64,000 nt of DNA from Limisphaerales bacterium (GTDB taxonomy: Bacteria; Verrucomicrobiota; Verrucomicrobiia; Limisphaerales; UBA8199): NCBI GenBank assembly GCA_044223735.1, contig JBGALR010000003.1, forward strand, positions 18,128 through 82,127. Reading direction: 5' to 3'. Position 1 is the stretch's first letter; each line of letters begins with the position of its first letter. Below, in pieces: positions 18,975 to 28,047 of this stretch. The notes beneath the pieces are model-generated. The model ran no database searches, was not told where the DNA came from, and was given only the letters and a program-made list of their open reading frames with translations. Made by a program: the position numbers and the translations under genes.

Positions 18975-19610
18975 ATGTCGAAGCCCGGAGCCATTTCCGC
19001 CACGCGCGATCATATCCTGCAGGCGGCGCTTGAGAGCTTCGCGGATTGCGGGTATGCCGCGACGTCTGTCCAGCATATCGTGGACGCGGCGGAGGTTTCC
19101 AAGCCGGCCTTGTATTATTATTTCAAGGACAAGGCGGAGTTGTTCCAGGCCCTGGTGGACCAGGCGCACGACGAACGATATCGGACGATGCAGGAGGCGG
19201 CGTCGCGCGGCCGGACCATCGCGCAAAAACTCGAGGAGATTGTGGCGGCGACCTTTGAGTTTTCGTTGCGCAACCGGGAGTTGATGCGGCTGGCGTACGC
19301 GACAGCATTTGGCGCTTCAGGCGAGGCGCCGGGCCAGGTGAAATGTCGGGAAAAGGGCCGGCGCAATTTTGAATTTGTGCGGTCGCTCATCGCGGCCGGC
19401 CAGGAATCGGGTGAACTCACGCCTCGCTTCACGGCGGATGAGCTGGCCATGGGAATTTACGGGCAGTTGAACAATTCCATCATGTTGCGTCTGCTCGTGC
19501 CGGATTGTCCGCTGAACCGTGAGACAGCAACACAGATGGTTCGTTTATTTCTGGAGGGCGCGGCGCCGAAAAAAACGGCGACTTCGCGCCCGCAAATGGC
19601 GTCAGTTTAA
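18975..19610 (+). CDS. TetR/AcrR-family transcriptional regulator
   Basis: N-terminal HTH: ILQAALESFADCGYAATSVQHIVDAAEVSKPALYYYFKDKAELF. First gene of the efflux operon. Confidence 0.93.
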   Translation: MSKPGAISATRDHILQAALESFADCGYAATSVQHIVDAAEVSKPALYYYFKDKAELFQALVDQAHDERYRTMQEAASRGRTIAQKLEEIVAATFEFSLRNRELMRLAYATAFGASGEAPGQVKCREKGRRNFEFVRSLIAAGQESGELTPRFTADELAMGIYGQLNNSIMLRLLVPDCPLNRETATQMVRLFLEGAAPKKTATSRPQMASV

Positions 19611-19625
19611 ATTTGGAAGGATTTC

Positions 19626-20756
19626 ATGAAAGTTAAGATTTTAATCGCAATATTGCTCGTGGCCGCCGTGATTGGTGGTTTGGCAGGCATCAAGGTTCTC
19701 CAAATCAAGACGCTAATCAGCGCGGGCAAACACTATGCTCCACCGCCGGAATCCGTTTCCTCGGCGGTCGCGCGCGAGGAAAAATGGCAGGGAACACTTA
19801 CCGCCATCGGTTCCGTGATGACGGCGCAAGGCGTGACGGTTACTCCCGAAATCGCCGGCATCGTGAGCGAAATCAAATTCGAGGCCGGCGCGAACGTCGC
19901 GAAGGGGGATTTGTTGGTCAAGCTCGACGCCTCCTCCGAGGAAGCGCAGCTCCGCGCGCTCGAAGCGCAGGAGGAACTCGCGAAATTGAACGTCGCCCGT
20001 GAGCGCACGCTGTTTGGCCAGAAATTAATTCCGCAATCCGAGCTGGATGGCGCCGAGGCCACGTTGAAACAAAATCAGGCCAATGCGGACAACCTCCGCA
20101 CCATCATCGAAAAGAAAACCATTCGCGCGCCGTTCGGCGGCCGCCTGGGTATTCGTCAGGTGAACCTGGGACAATATCTCGAAGCCGGCAAACCGATTGT
20201 GTCCTTGCAATCGCTGTCGCCGATCTATGTGGATTTTTCGCTGCCGCAACAGGAACTCGCCCGGCTCAAAACCGGCATGGACGTGCGCGTGACGACCGAC
20301 GCTTATCCCGGACGGAAGTTCAACGGCACGCTGACTGTCATCAATCCGGACCTGGATTCCATCACGCGCAGCATCGGCTTGCAGGCCACGATTACGAATG
20401 AGGACCAGGCGTTGCGCCCCGGCATGTTTGCCCGTGCCGAGGTGATTTTGCCGGAAGAACAAAACGTGCTCGTGATTCCCGCGACGTCGATTCTGAGCGC
20501 GCCGTACGGCGACTCGGTGTATGTGATCGAATCGAACGCCGGCACCAATGGCGCACAGGCTCATCTCACCGTGCGACCGCAATTTGTGCGCGTCGGCCGG
20601 GCACGCGGCGATTTTATCAGCATTGAGACCGGACTGAAGCCCGGCGAGCGCGTGGTGCGCTCGGGCCTGTTCAAATTGCGCGGCGGCATGACCGTGATCG
20701 AAAATAACGAGGTCGTGCCCAAGAGCGACATGAAGCCCAACCCGGCGGATAGCTGA
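19626..20756 (+). CDS. RND efflux periplasmic adaptor (membrane fusion protein)
   Basis: 376 aa. N-terminal membrane anchor, lipoyl/hairpin motifs (VAKGDLLVKLD, IRAPFGGRLG), LRPGMFA and GLKPGERVV. Confidence 0.93.
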   Translation: MKVKILIAILLVAAVIGGLAGIKVLQIKTLISAGKHYAPPPESVSSAVAREEKWQGTLTAIGSVMTAQGVTVTPEIAGIVSEIKFEAGANVAKGDLLVKLDASSEEAQLRALEAQEELAKLNVARERTLFGQKLIPQSELDGAEATLKQNQANADNLRTIIEKKTIRAPFGGRLGIRQVNLGQYLEAGKPIVSLQSLSPIYVDFSLPQQELARLKTGMDVRVTTDAYPGRKFNGTLTVINPDLDSITRSIGLQATITNEDQALRPGMFARAEVILPEEQNVLVIPATSILSAPYGDSVYVIESNAGTNGAQAHLTVRPQFVRVGRARGDFISIETGLKPGERVVRSGLFKLRGGMTVIENNEVVPKSDMKPNPADS

Positions 20757-20785
20757 CGTTCATCGGGTGAACCCTATTTCCTTTC

Positions 20786-23700
20786 GTGAAATCATTTACT
20801 GACATATTCATTCGCCGCCCGGTGCTCGCCGTGGTGGTGAATCTCGTGATCCTCATCACGGGCATCCAGGCGATCCGCTCGCTGACCGTGCGGCAATATC
20901 CGCGCAGCGACAATGCCACCGTCACCGTCACCACCGCCTACGTCGGCGCCAGCGCCGATCTCGTGCGCGGATTCATCACGACGCCGTTGGAGCGTTCCAT
21001 CGCGGCGGCGGACGGCATTGATTACCTGGAATCGAACAGCAAGCTCGGCGTTTCCACCATCACCGCGCGCCTGAAGCTCAATTACGATCCCACCAAGGCA
21101 CTCGCGGAAATCAGTTCCAAGGTGGATCAAGTGCGCAACGATCTTCCGCCCGAGGCGGAGGTGCCGATCATCAATATCGTGTCGGCGGATTCACAGTACG
21201 CCGCTGCGTATTTGAGCTTCACCTCCGACATCCTGGAGGCGAATCAAATCACCGATTATCTCGTGCGGGTCGTCCAGCCGCGCCTGACTGCGCTCGAAGG
21301 TGTCCAGCGCGCGGATTTGTTGGGGGGACGCACATTTGCGATGCGCATCTGGCTCAAACCGGACCGGATGGCGGCCCTGAATATCAATCCCTCCGCTGTG
21401 CGCGACGCGCTTGCGGCGAACAACTTTCTCTCCGCCGTCGGCCATACCAAGGGTTCACTGGTGCAGGTAAATCTCAGTGCGAACACGGACCTGCGCAGCA
21501 TCGAGGAATTTCGCAACCTCGTCGTGCGTCAGACTGGTGACAACCTCGTGCGTTTGCGCGATGTCGCAGACGTCGTGCTCGGCGCCGAAGACTATGATTC
21601 GGAAGTGCGCTTCAGCGGCGAGCGCGCGGTGTTCATGGGCATCTGGCCGCTGCCTAACGCCAATTCGCTCGACGTGATGAAACGCGTCCGCGCGGAAATG
21701 GATTTGATCCAAAAAGAATTGCCCTCCGGCCTCACGGGTAAAATTGCCTACGACGCCACCAAGTATATTCAGGACGCGGTTCACGAAGTGCTGAAGACGC
21801 TTACGGAAACGCTGGTAATCGTCGCCGTCGTGATTTTTCTTTTCCTGGGTTCCTTGAGGTCGGTGATCATTCCGCTGGTGGCGATTCCCATTTCGTTGAT
21901 TGGCGCCGTCTTCCTGATGCAGATGTTCGGCTTCACGCTCAACCTGCTCACGCTGCTGGCCATCGTGTTGTCCGTCGGTCTGGTCGTGGACGACGCGATC
22001 GTCATTGTGGAAAACGTGGAGCGTCACGTGCGCGAAGGCCGCACGCCGATGCAGGCGGCGCTCATGGGCGCGCGCGAACTCGTGAGCCCGGTCATCGCGA
22101 TGACCATCACGCTCGCGGCGGTGTACGCTCCAATTGGTTTGCAAGGCGGCCTGACCGGCTCGCTGTTCCGCGAGTTCGCATTTACGCTCGCCGGAGCAGT
22201 CTTCATTTCCGGCGTCGTGGCGCTGACGCTGTCGCCGGTGATGTCCGCCTATCTGCTGCGCGTGGACCACGAAGAGCGCGGGTTGACCGGCCTGATTAAT
22301 CGAACCTTTGACCGGATTAGAAAAGTTTACAGTCACATTCTGGATATGACACTGTCGGCGCGTCCGGCGGTTTACATCATCTGGATTGTGCTGAGCCTGC
22401 TCGTGCCGCTCATGTACAAGATGTCGCCCAATGAACTGGCGCCGTCCGAGGATCAGGGTTTTGTGTTTGGCATCGTGGACGCGGCCGCGGATGCGACGAT
22501 TGATCAGACTTCGTTTTACACCGACGCCGCGAACAAGCAATTGATGAGCATTCCGGAGGCGGAACAAACGTTCCAAATCACTTTTCCCGACAACGGCATC
22601 GGCGGTCTGGTGCTGAAGCCGTGGGGAGAACGCAAGCGGACGGCCGCCCAGGTCACCATGGAAGTGTCCGGCAAAGTCGGCACGATACCGGGCATTCGCA
22701 CATTGATGGTCACACCGCCTGCGCTGCCCGGCGGCGGAAATTTTCCCGTGGAAGTGGTCATCTGCTCGACGGCGGACCAGGAAACCATCCTGCGCTTTGC
22801 CCAGGAGCTGCAGCAAAAGGCGGCGACCAACGGCATGTTCGCCTTTCCCCCAATCATCGATACCAAGATGGATCAGCCGGAAGTTGAATTGGTGATGGAC
22901 CGCGACAAGGTGGCGAATCTCGGCTTAAGCATGGCCGCGGTCGGTTCCGATCTCGCGACGCTCGTCGGCGGAAATTTCGTGAATCGCTTCAATCTGGACG
23001 GTCGCAGCTACAAGGTCATTCCGCAGATCAAGCGCATTGATCGCTTGAATGCCAACCAGCTCGAAAGCACCTACGTCAAGGGACCGACGAATCAAGTTGT
23101 GCCGCTGAGCACCTTCGCCGAATTTAAGAAGAAGACCGGGCCGCGTTCGCTCAATCGCTTCCAGCAATTCAATTCTGTGAAGATCAGCGGCGTCGCCATC
23201 CGTCCCCTCGACGACGCGTTGAAGTTTTTCGAGACGGAAGCGGCGCAAAGTTTGCCCAAGGGCTACAAGCTGGATTACACCGGGGAATCACGGCAGTTGC
23301 GGGTGGAAGGCAGCAAATTTTTGCCGACCATCATGCTCGCGTTGGTGTTAATCTTCCTCGTGCTTGCGGCGCAATTCAACAGCTTCCGCGACCCGTTCAT
23401 CATCATCCTGGGTTCCGTGCCGCTCGCGATGTTCGGCGCATTGATCTTCAGCTTTTTAAAAATGCCGGGACAGGGGATGCCGTTCTGGACCAACGGCTGG
23501 ACCACGACGATGAATATCTACTCGCAGATTGGTCTTGTGACGCTGATTGGGCTTGTTTCGAAAAACGGCATCTTGATCGTCGAATTTGCGAACGTTCTGC
23601 AACGGCAAGGCCTGACCAAGGTCCAGGCCGCGCGTGAAGCCGCTCTGACCCGACTGCGCCCCGTATTAATGACCAGCGCCGCCACCATCTGCGGTCACTT

Positions 23701-23929
23701 TCCTCTAACGCTGGTATCTGGCGCCGGTGCGGCGGCGCGAAACTCCATCGGCCTGATCGTCGTCGCCGGCATGGCGCTGGGCACGATCTTCACGCTACTG
23801 GTTATTCCTGCGATTTACGTCCTGATCGCGAAGCAACATGCGAAGGGCGAAACCGCCGTCGAGGAAATCGACGTGGACGAAGCGGCTTCGACGCCCCTGC
23901 CGCATGGCAAGGAAGCGGTGGCGCACTAA
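20786..23929 (+). CDS. RND efflux permease (AcrB/MexW/MexI-like, HAE1)
   Basis: 1047 aa. Motifs FIRRPVLA, VGLVVDDAIVIVENV, SKNGILIVEFAN and RLRPVLMTS. No outer-membrane factor gene is adjacent. Confidence 0.95.
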   Translation: MKSFTDIFIRRPVLAVVVNLVILITGIQAIRSLTVRQYPRSDNATVTVTTAYVGASADLVRGFITTPLERSIAAADGIDYLESNSKLGVSTITARLKLNYDPTKALAEISSKVDQVRNDLPPEAEVPIINIVSADSQYAAAYLSFTSDILEANQITDYLVRVVQPRLTALEGVQRADLLGGRTFAMRIWLKPDRMAALNINPSAVRDALAANNFLSAVGHTKGSLVQVNLSANTDLRSIEEFRNLVVRQTGDNLVRLRDVADVVLGAEDYDSEVRFSGERAVFMGIWPLPNANSLDVMKRVRAEMDLIQKELPSGLTGKIAYDATKYIQDAVHEVLKTLTETLVIVAVVIFLFLGSLRSVIIPLVAIPISLIGAVFLMQMFGFTLNLLTLLAIVLSVGLVVDDAIVIVENVERHVREGRTPMQAALMGARELVSPVIAMTITLAAVYAPIGLQGGLTGSLFREFAFTLAGAVFISGVVALTLSPVMSAYLLRVDHEERGLTGLINRTFDRIRKVYSHILDMTLSARPAVYIIWIVLSLLVPLMYKMSPNELAPSEDQGFVFGIVDAAADATIDQTSFYTDAANKQLMSIPEAEQTFQITFPDNGIGGLVLKPWGERKRTAAQVTMEVSGKVGTIPGIRTLMVTPPALPGGGNFPVEVVICSTADQETILRFAQELQQKAATNGMFAFPPIIDTKMDQPEVELVMDRDKVANLGLSMAAVGSDLATLVGGNFVNRFNLDGRSYKVIPQIKRIDRLNANQLESTYVKGPTNQVVPLSTFAEFKKKTGPRSLNRFQQFNSVKISGVAIRPLDDALKFFETEAAQSLPKGYKLDYTGESRQLRVEGSKFLPTIMLALVLIFLVLAAQFNSFRDPFIIILGSVPLAMFGALIFSFLKMPGQGMPFWTNGWTTTMNIYSQIGLVTLIGLVSKNGILIVEFANVLQRQGLTKVQAAREAALTRLRPVLMTSAATICGHFPLTLVSGAGAAARNSIGLIVVAGMALGTIFTLLVIPAIYVLIAKQHAKGETAVEEIDVDEAASTPLPHGKEAVAH

Positions 23930-23959
23930 AATTGGCGGGATTTAAGAAAATATTAGCAC

Positions 23960-23987
23960 TTGCATTCCCCGGAAAATTCCGTAGTTT
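23960..23987 (+). promoter_or_regulatory. Sigma-70 promoter of the tRNA gene
   Basis: TTGCAT-16 bp-TAGTTT, ending 18 bp before the tRNA 5' end. Confidence 0.55.
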
Positions 23988-24005
23988 GAGCGAGTCTAAA
24001 CGGAA

Positions 24006-24082
24006 GCGAGCGTAGCTCAGCCTGGTAGAGCATCACGTTGCCAACGTGAGTGTCGAGGGTTCGAATCCCTTCGCTCGCTCCA
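24006..24082 (+). tRNA. tRNA-Gly(GCC)
   Basis: Acceptor stem GCGAGCG/CGCTCGC, D arm (AGCTCAGCCTGGTAGAGC), anticodon arm TCACG-TTGCCAA-CGTGA, T loop GGTTCGAATCC, discriminator T and encoded CCA. Confidence 0.97.
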
Positions 24083-24252
24083 TTTCTCATCAGCCGGTTT
24101 TTCCAGCCTCAACACGCGTGCGGGTAACATTTTGCCCTTAACGCGGCCGATACCCCTCTGTACCCTCGTCATTATCAAAAAGGGGCGCTGTATTATGATT
24201 GCATGACAAATTTGGCCTTCACGGCCGAAAAACTCTGTTCTGGGAGACTACA

Positions 24253-24890
24253 ATGAAACAGAATTGTACCTTTCCGGAAACGGTGGAATACAAGTCGTGC
24301 ACCGCCACGATTTATCAGCAACTGCACCGCGCTCGCGAAGGCTTCGAGGTGCGCTATTGCGACGTTGACCGCTCCATGCAGCGGCTCACCTTTCCCACGT
24401 ATTCGTCGGCGAAAAAATTCGCAGAAATGGTGGTGAAAAAAACGCCACAGACCGTGAACATTTCGTCACCCTCCGCGGCCGCGACCCCTCCGGTTATCAG
24501 ACCGCCATCGAGACGCATTCGCCCTTGAGTCTGTCGATCGCCAGGCTTCGACACTAATCGCGTAGCATCATCGCCAGCTGGGTGGCCGGAAAATCCTCCC
24601 GGAGGCGGTGAAATATTACCCGGAAAATCGCCCCCAACAATCGTACGGGATCACGGTCCGCCAGGTCGTCGACCAACTTTTGGCGCTTGCGGCGAAGGAG
24701 GGAGAGGTCGGACAGATACACCTTCGCGACCTGCGGGTGCGGTTGCATAAATTCGCGGAGTCCTTCCAGTGCCCGATCAGTCGGGTCATCCAGGTGGAGA
24801 TTTGCGATTACCTGCTCGACCGAGACGTAAGCAATTGCACCCGCCACAACCTGTGACAACACGTACGACTCTATTGTTACGTTTTTCGGT
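24253..24890 (+). pseudogene. Decayed tyrosine recombinase/phage integrase (N-terminal and core-binding regions only)
   Basis: Three pieces joined across frameshifts and stops: MKQNCTFPETVEYKSCTATIYQQ..FEVRYCDVDRSMQRLTF, then ..REHFVTLRGRD..YQTAIE.., then EAVKYYPENRPQQSYGITVRQVVDQLL..HLRDLRVRLHKFAESF..RHNL. These resemble arm-binding and SAM-like domains of tRNA-targeting integrases. The catalytic domain is absent. It starts 170 bp after tRNA-Gly. Confidence 0.65.
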
Positions 24891-25304
24891 TTTAATGCGA
24901 TGGATTCTAATCTTTCGGTCGGCCGTCGTGTCGATCTACCTATCGTAACTTGCTTTTTCAACCTGCTGTTTGGTAGGAAAAGCCCCTATATTATCGGCGT
25001 GAGAATCCTTACACATAAATGCGCAATATTTCTTATAGATATTTATGCTGGTCGCCTGATACTTAGGTGAGAGCAGGTTGTAATATCTTTGCAGTTTTAC
25101 GTAATGGTGTTTGCTGAATGGTTCGGATTTAGCGGGCTCGAATAAGAAATCTTTGTCGCGCGTGAAAAAGTGTGCTGCAAGCTTTTGAACTTTATTTTAA
25201 TGGGCTCAGCAACGGAGGGGTGGAAATAAACTGATTGGGGTTATGGGCGGAAAATCAAACTCTGGGCGGCTCTCTTCAAATAAGGCGATGGAGGATTTGC
25301 GTCT

Positions 25305-26879
25305 GTGCCTGGCAACTGCGGGCAGAAAGAAAGCGATATGAGAGGCGAAAAGCGTGAGCAAAGAATAATTACAGATGTGTCTCTTGAATCTTTGCTACCC
25401 ATGAAAATTGGCCTCCTGCGCGCCAAGGATGGCGGCCAGGACGATTTGACCACCCAATGGGAGGCTGCCTGGCGAATTGCTCCAGCCCTTCCCAGGCGAG
25501 CGGACGATGGGACGATTTCAACGGAGCCGCACCTGCGCCTCATGGTGGAGAGCTCCACGGACGCCATATTCGCTTTCTCTATGGCCCGCAAGCCGGTTTA
25601 CCTCAATTCTGCCGTTGAGAAACTTACCGGCTATACCGTAGCGGAAATCGCGACTCAGAAATTCGTGAATTGGATCCATCCGGCCGATCAGGAGAACATG
25701 CTCAATCGTTGGGAGGATCTCTATGCCGGAAAAGGCTATGAAAATGTCGAGTTTCGGTTGATTACCAAGTCAGGCGAGATCAAATGGTGTTTGAGTTCCT
25801 GGGGACCGATGCTGGATGGGCGCGGGCAGCAAGTTGGAGTGCAAGGACGCGAAAGAGATATCACCGCCTTGAAGCGCGCCGAGCGAGCGCGGAATGAACT
25901 CTCGGCGATTGTGGAGAGTTCCGAAGACGCCATTTTCAGCATGACTCTGGACGGAGCCATTGTCAGCTGGAATCGGTCGGCTGCGCGGATTTACGGCTAC
26001 AGTGCGGACGAAATGATCGGCCAATCGGTGGCGGTGTTGCTCATGCCGACGTGCGCGACGAAATTGGAGGGTATCTTGGCCGATGTCGCCGGAGGCCGCT
26101 CTTTGGTGGCGAGAGAAGTGGTGCATCATCGAAAGGATGGCGTTCCGGTTTCGGTTTCGCTTACGGTTTCGCCGGTGAAAAATGACGGGGAAAGTGTCAC
26201 CGGCGTTTCCGTGATCGCGCGGGATGTTACCGAACGCAATCGGCTGGAAAAGCATGTCGTCGAAGCCTGCATGGCGGAGCGACGTAGAATTGGACACGAA
26301 TTGCACGACGGGCTGGCCGCGTATTTAACCGGGCTGACGTTGCGCGGCAAAGTGCTGCAACATTCCCTGGAGAAGGCCGGTGTACCGGCCGCTCTCGAGG
26401 CGAAGGAGCTGGTGGGATTGATGAGTGGGGCAGTTCATCGCGCACGCCGTCTGGCGCGTGGCGAGGATCCTGCGGAGATCGAACGGATGGGGCTGGACCA
26501 GGCAATGACCCAGCTCGCAAGTGAAACGGAGGCGCTGTTTGGGGTGCGCTGCTCATTTCAAAGCGCCGGATCATTTCGAGGGCTCGCTTCGTCGATCCTG
26601 CTGTGTTTCTATCGCATCCTGCAGGAATCGATTCACAACGCCATTCGGCATGGTAATGCGCGATTAATCCAGGCGGAATTGGTGATGGCCGAGGACCTCC
26701 TTCGACTGAGCGTGAGGGATGACGGTGTGGGGTTCGACGTCGAAGACCAAACGCTTGAGGGAATGGGGCTGAGAATCATGGGTTATCGCGCGAGGTCCGT
26801 AGGCGCGGATTTGTCCATTCGTGCCGCGCCGGGGAAAGGCACGCGCATCGAGTGTTGCCTGCGAATTAGCGGGGCATGA
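25305..26879 (+). CDS. Cytoplasmic PAS-PAS sensor histidine kinase, HisKA_3 (NarX/UhpB type)
   Basis: Two PAS/PAC domains (MVESSTDAIF..IHPADQ; IVESSEDAIF..WNRSAARIYGY), ERRRIGHELHDGL, QESIHNAIRHG, DDGVGF and GMGLRIM. No TM segment. The start is uncertain (25305, 25338 or 25401). Confidence 0.9.
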   Translation: MPGNCGQKESDMRGEKREQRIITDVSLESLLPMKIGLLRAKDGGQDDLTTQWEAAWRIAPALPRRADDGTISTEPHLRLMVESSTDAIFAFSMARKPVYLNSAVEKLTGYTVAEIATQKFVNWIHPADQENMLNRWEDLYAGKGYENVEFRLITKSGEIKWCLSSWGPMLDGRGQQVGVQGRERDITALKRAERARNELSAIVESSEDAIFSMTLDGAIVSWNRSAARIYGYSADEMIGQSVAVLLMPTCATKLEGILADVAGGRSLVAREVVHHRKDGVPVSVSLTVSPVKNDGESVTGVSVIARDVTERNRLEKHVVEACMAERRRIGHELHDGLAAYLTGLTLRGKVLQHSLEKAGVPAALEAKELVGLMSGAVHRARRLARGEDPAEIERMGLDQAMTQLASETEALFGVRCSFQSAGSFRGLASSILLCFYRILQESIHNAIRHGNARLIQAELVMAEDLLRLSVRDDGVGFDVEDQTLEGMGLRIMGYRARSVGADLSIRAAPGKGTRIECCLRISGA

Positions 26880-26913
26880 ACAACCGGTGAAAGGGAGCGG
26901 ATTAGAAGGAAAA

Positions 26914-27624
26914 ATGGCGAAGCCAGCCACAACCATTCCCGGAAAAACCAGGGTCCTGGTCGCGGACGATCATCCGATGATGCGCGACAGCCTGGTCCGC
27001 TTGCTGGAGCAACAGCCAGACATGTGTTGTTGCGCGGAAGCCGGGACGGTCGGGGAAACCCAGGAGAAAATCGGGCAGTGCAGGCCGGACATGGTAATCA
27101 TGGATTTGCGCCTGCGAAATGGTGATGGCATTGAGTTGATTAAGTCGTTGAAGGCACAACAGCCTGCTTTGCCAATCCTCGTTTTTTCACAGCACGACAG
27201 TTCGGTGTATGCCGAGAGATCCCTCCGTGCCGGCGCGATGGGTTATGTCACCAAAGATCATGCGGCGGAGGATTTGTTGGAGGCGATTCGAACCGTCGCG
27301 TCGGGCCGAATTTATCTGACGCGCGGCCTGGCTGCACTGTTGTTGCATCGTTTTGTCGGTACTCCGGCCAAAAAGGGTGGCGACGCTCAGATTCTTACGG
27401 ATCGGGAGTTGCACGTGTTGGAACTGCTGGGCACCGGACTGAGTACTCGTGAAGCCGCTACTGCGCTCAACATAAGCTTCAAGACCGTTGAGACTCATCG
27501 CGAGAACATCAAGCGCAAACTCGGTCTGCACACTGCGACGGCGCTGACTCATTACGCGGTCGAATGGGCCACGAAACAATTTGTCCTGCCCGCCGATCGG
27601 TCAAATGAATCTCCGCCGAATTAG
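26914..27624 (+). CDS. NarL/FixJ-family response regulator (REC + LuxR HTH)
   Basis: ATG 26914 preceded by AGAAGGA. Motifs VLVADDHPMMR, IMDLRL and LTDRELHVL..ISFKTVETHRENIKRKL. Confidence 0.92.
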   Translation: MAKPATTIPGKTRVLVADDHPMMRDSLVRLLEQQPDMCCCAEAGTVGETQEKIGQCRPDMVIMDLRLRNGDGIELIKSLKAQQPALPILVFSQHDSSVYAERSLRAGAMGYVTKDHAAEDLLEAIRTVASGRIYLTRGLAALLLHRFVGTPAKKGGDAQILTDRELHVLELLGTGLSTREAATALNISFKTVETHRENIKRKLGLHTATALTHYAVEWATKQFVLPADRSNESPPN

Positions 27625-28047
27625 CCGGCAAAACGGGATTCGGCGCGACCCTCCTGACTCATTTGCATCAGCTCTCTGATCTGAGCTTGTGCTGGTGCAG
27701 TTTTACCGAAAGGCTTCCGTCAATCTTTGATTTATTGGTAAACGCCTTGCCGATCCCGTATGAAGTTGCGAGATGGTGGTAGGAAGTATTCCTAGTGAAT
27801 AGTCTGTCTCGTCCCCCGATTCTCACCGATATCAGACTTTGGTATTCGTCTTTGTAATTCCAGTGGTGTGGTGTCAGAAGCGCGCGAAGGGATTCAAGAG
27901 TGTTTATACTTAGACCGGTTCTGTCTCGGATAGTGGAGGCGATGGCTCTCATTTCCGGACTGTGTTTTCGTTCAGTAATTCCTTTGAAAGACGACCGGTG
28001 GCCTGCCTTTTTCGCCTCTACCATTCTGGGATTCATTTAGTGGGTAT

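Noticed and set aside
24554-24961. 135 aa minus-strand ORF
   Set aside because: It is the antisense shadow of the plus-strand integrase remnant, which gives the more protein-like reading.
27668-28036. 122 aa minus-strand ORF upstream of the giant gene
   Set aside because: Atypical composition and no motifs, and it occupies the likely promoter region of the cluster.
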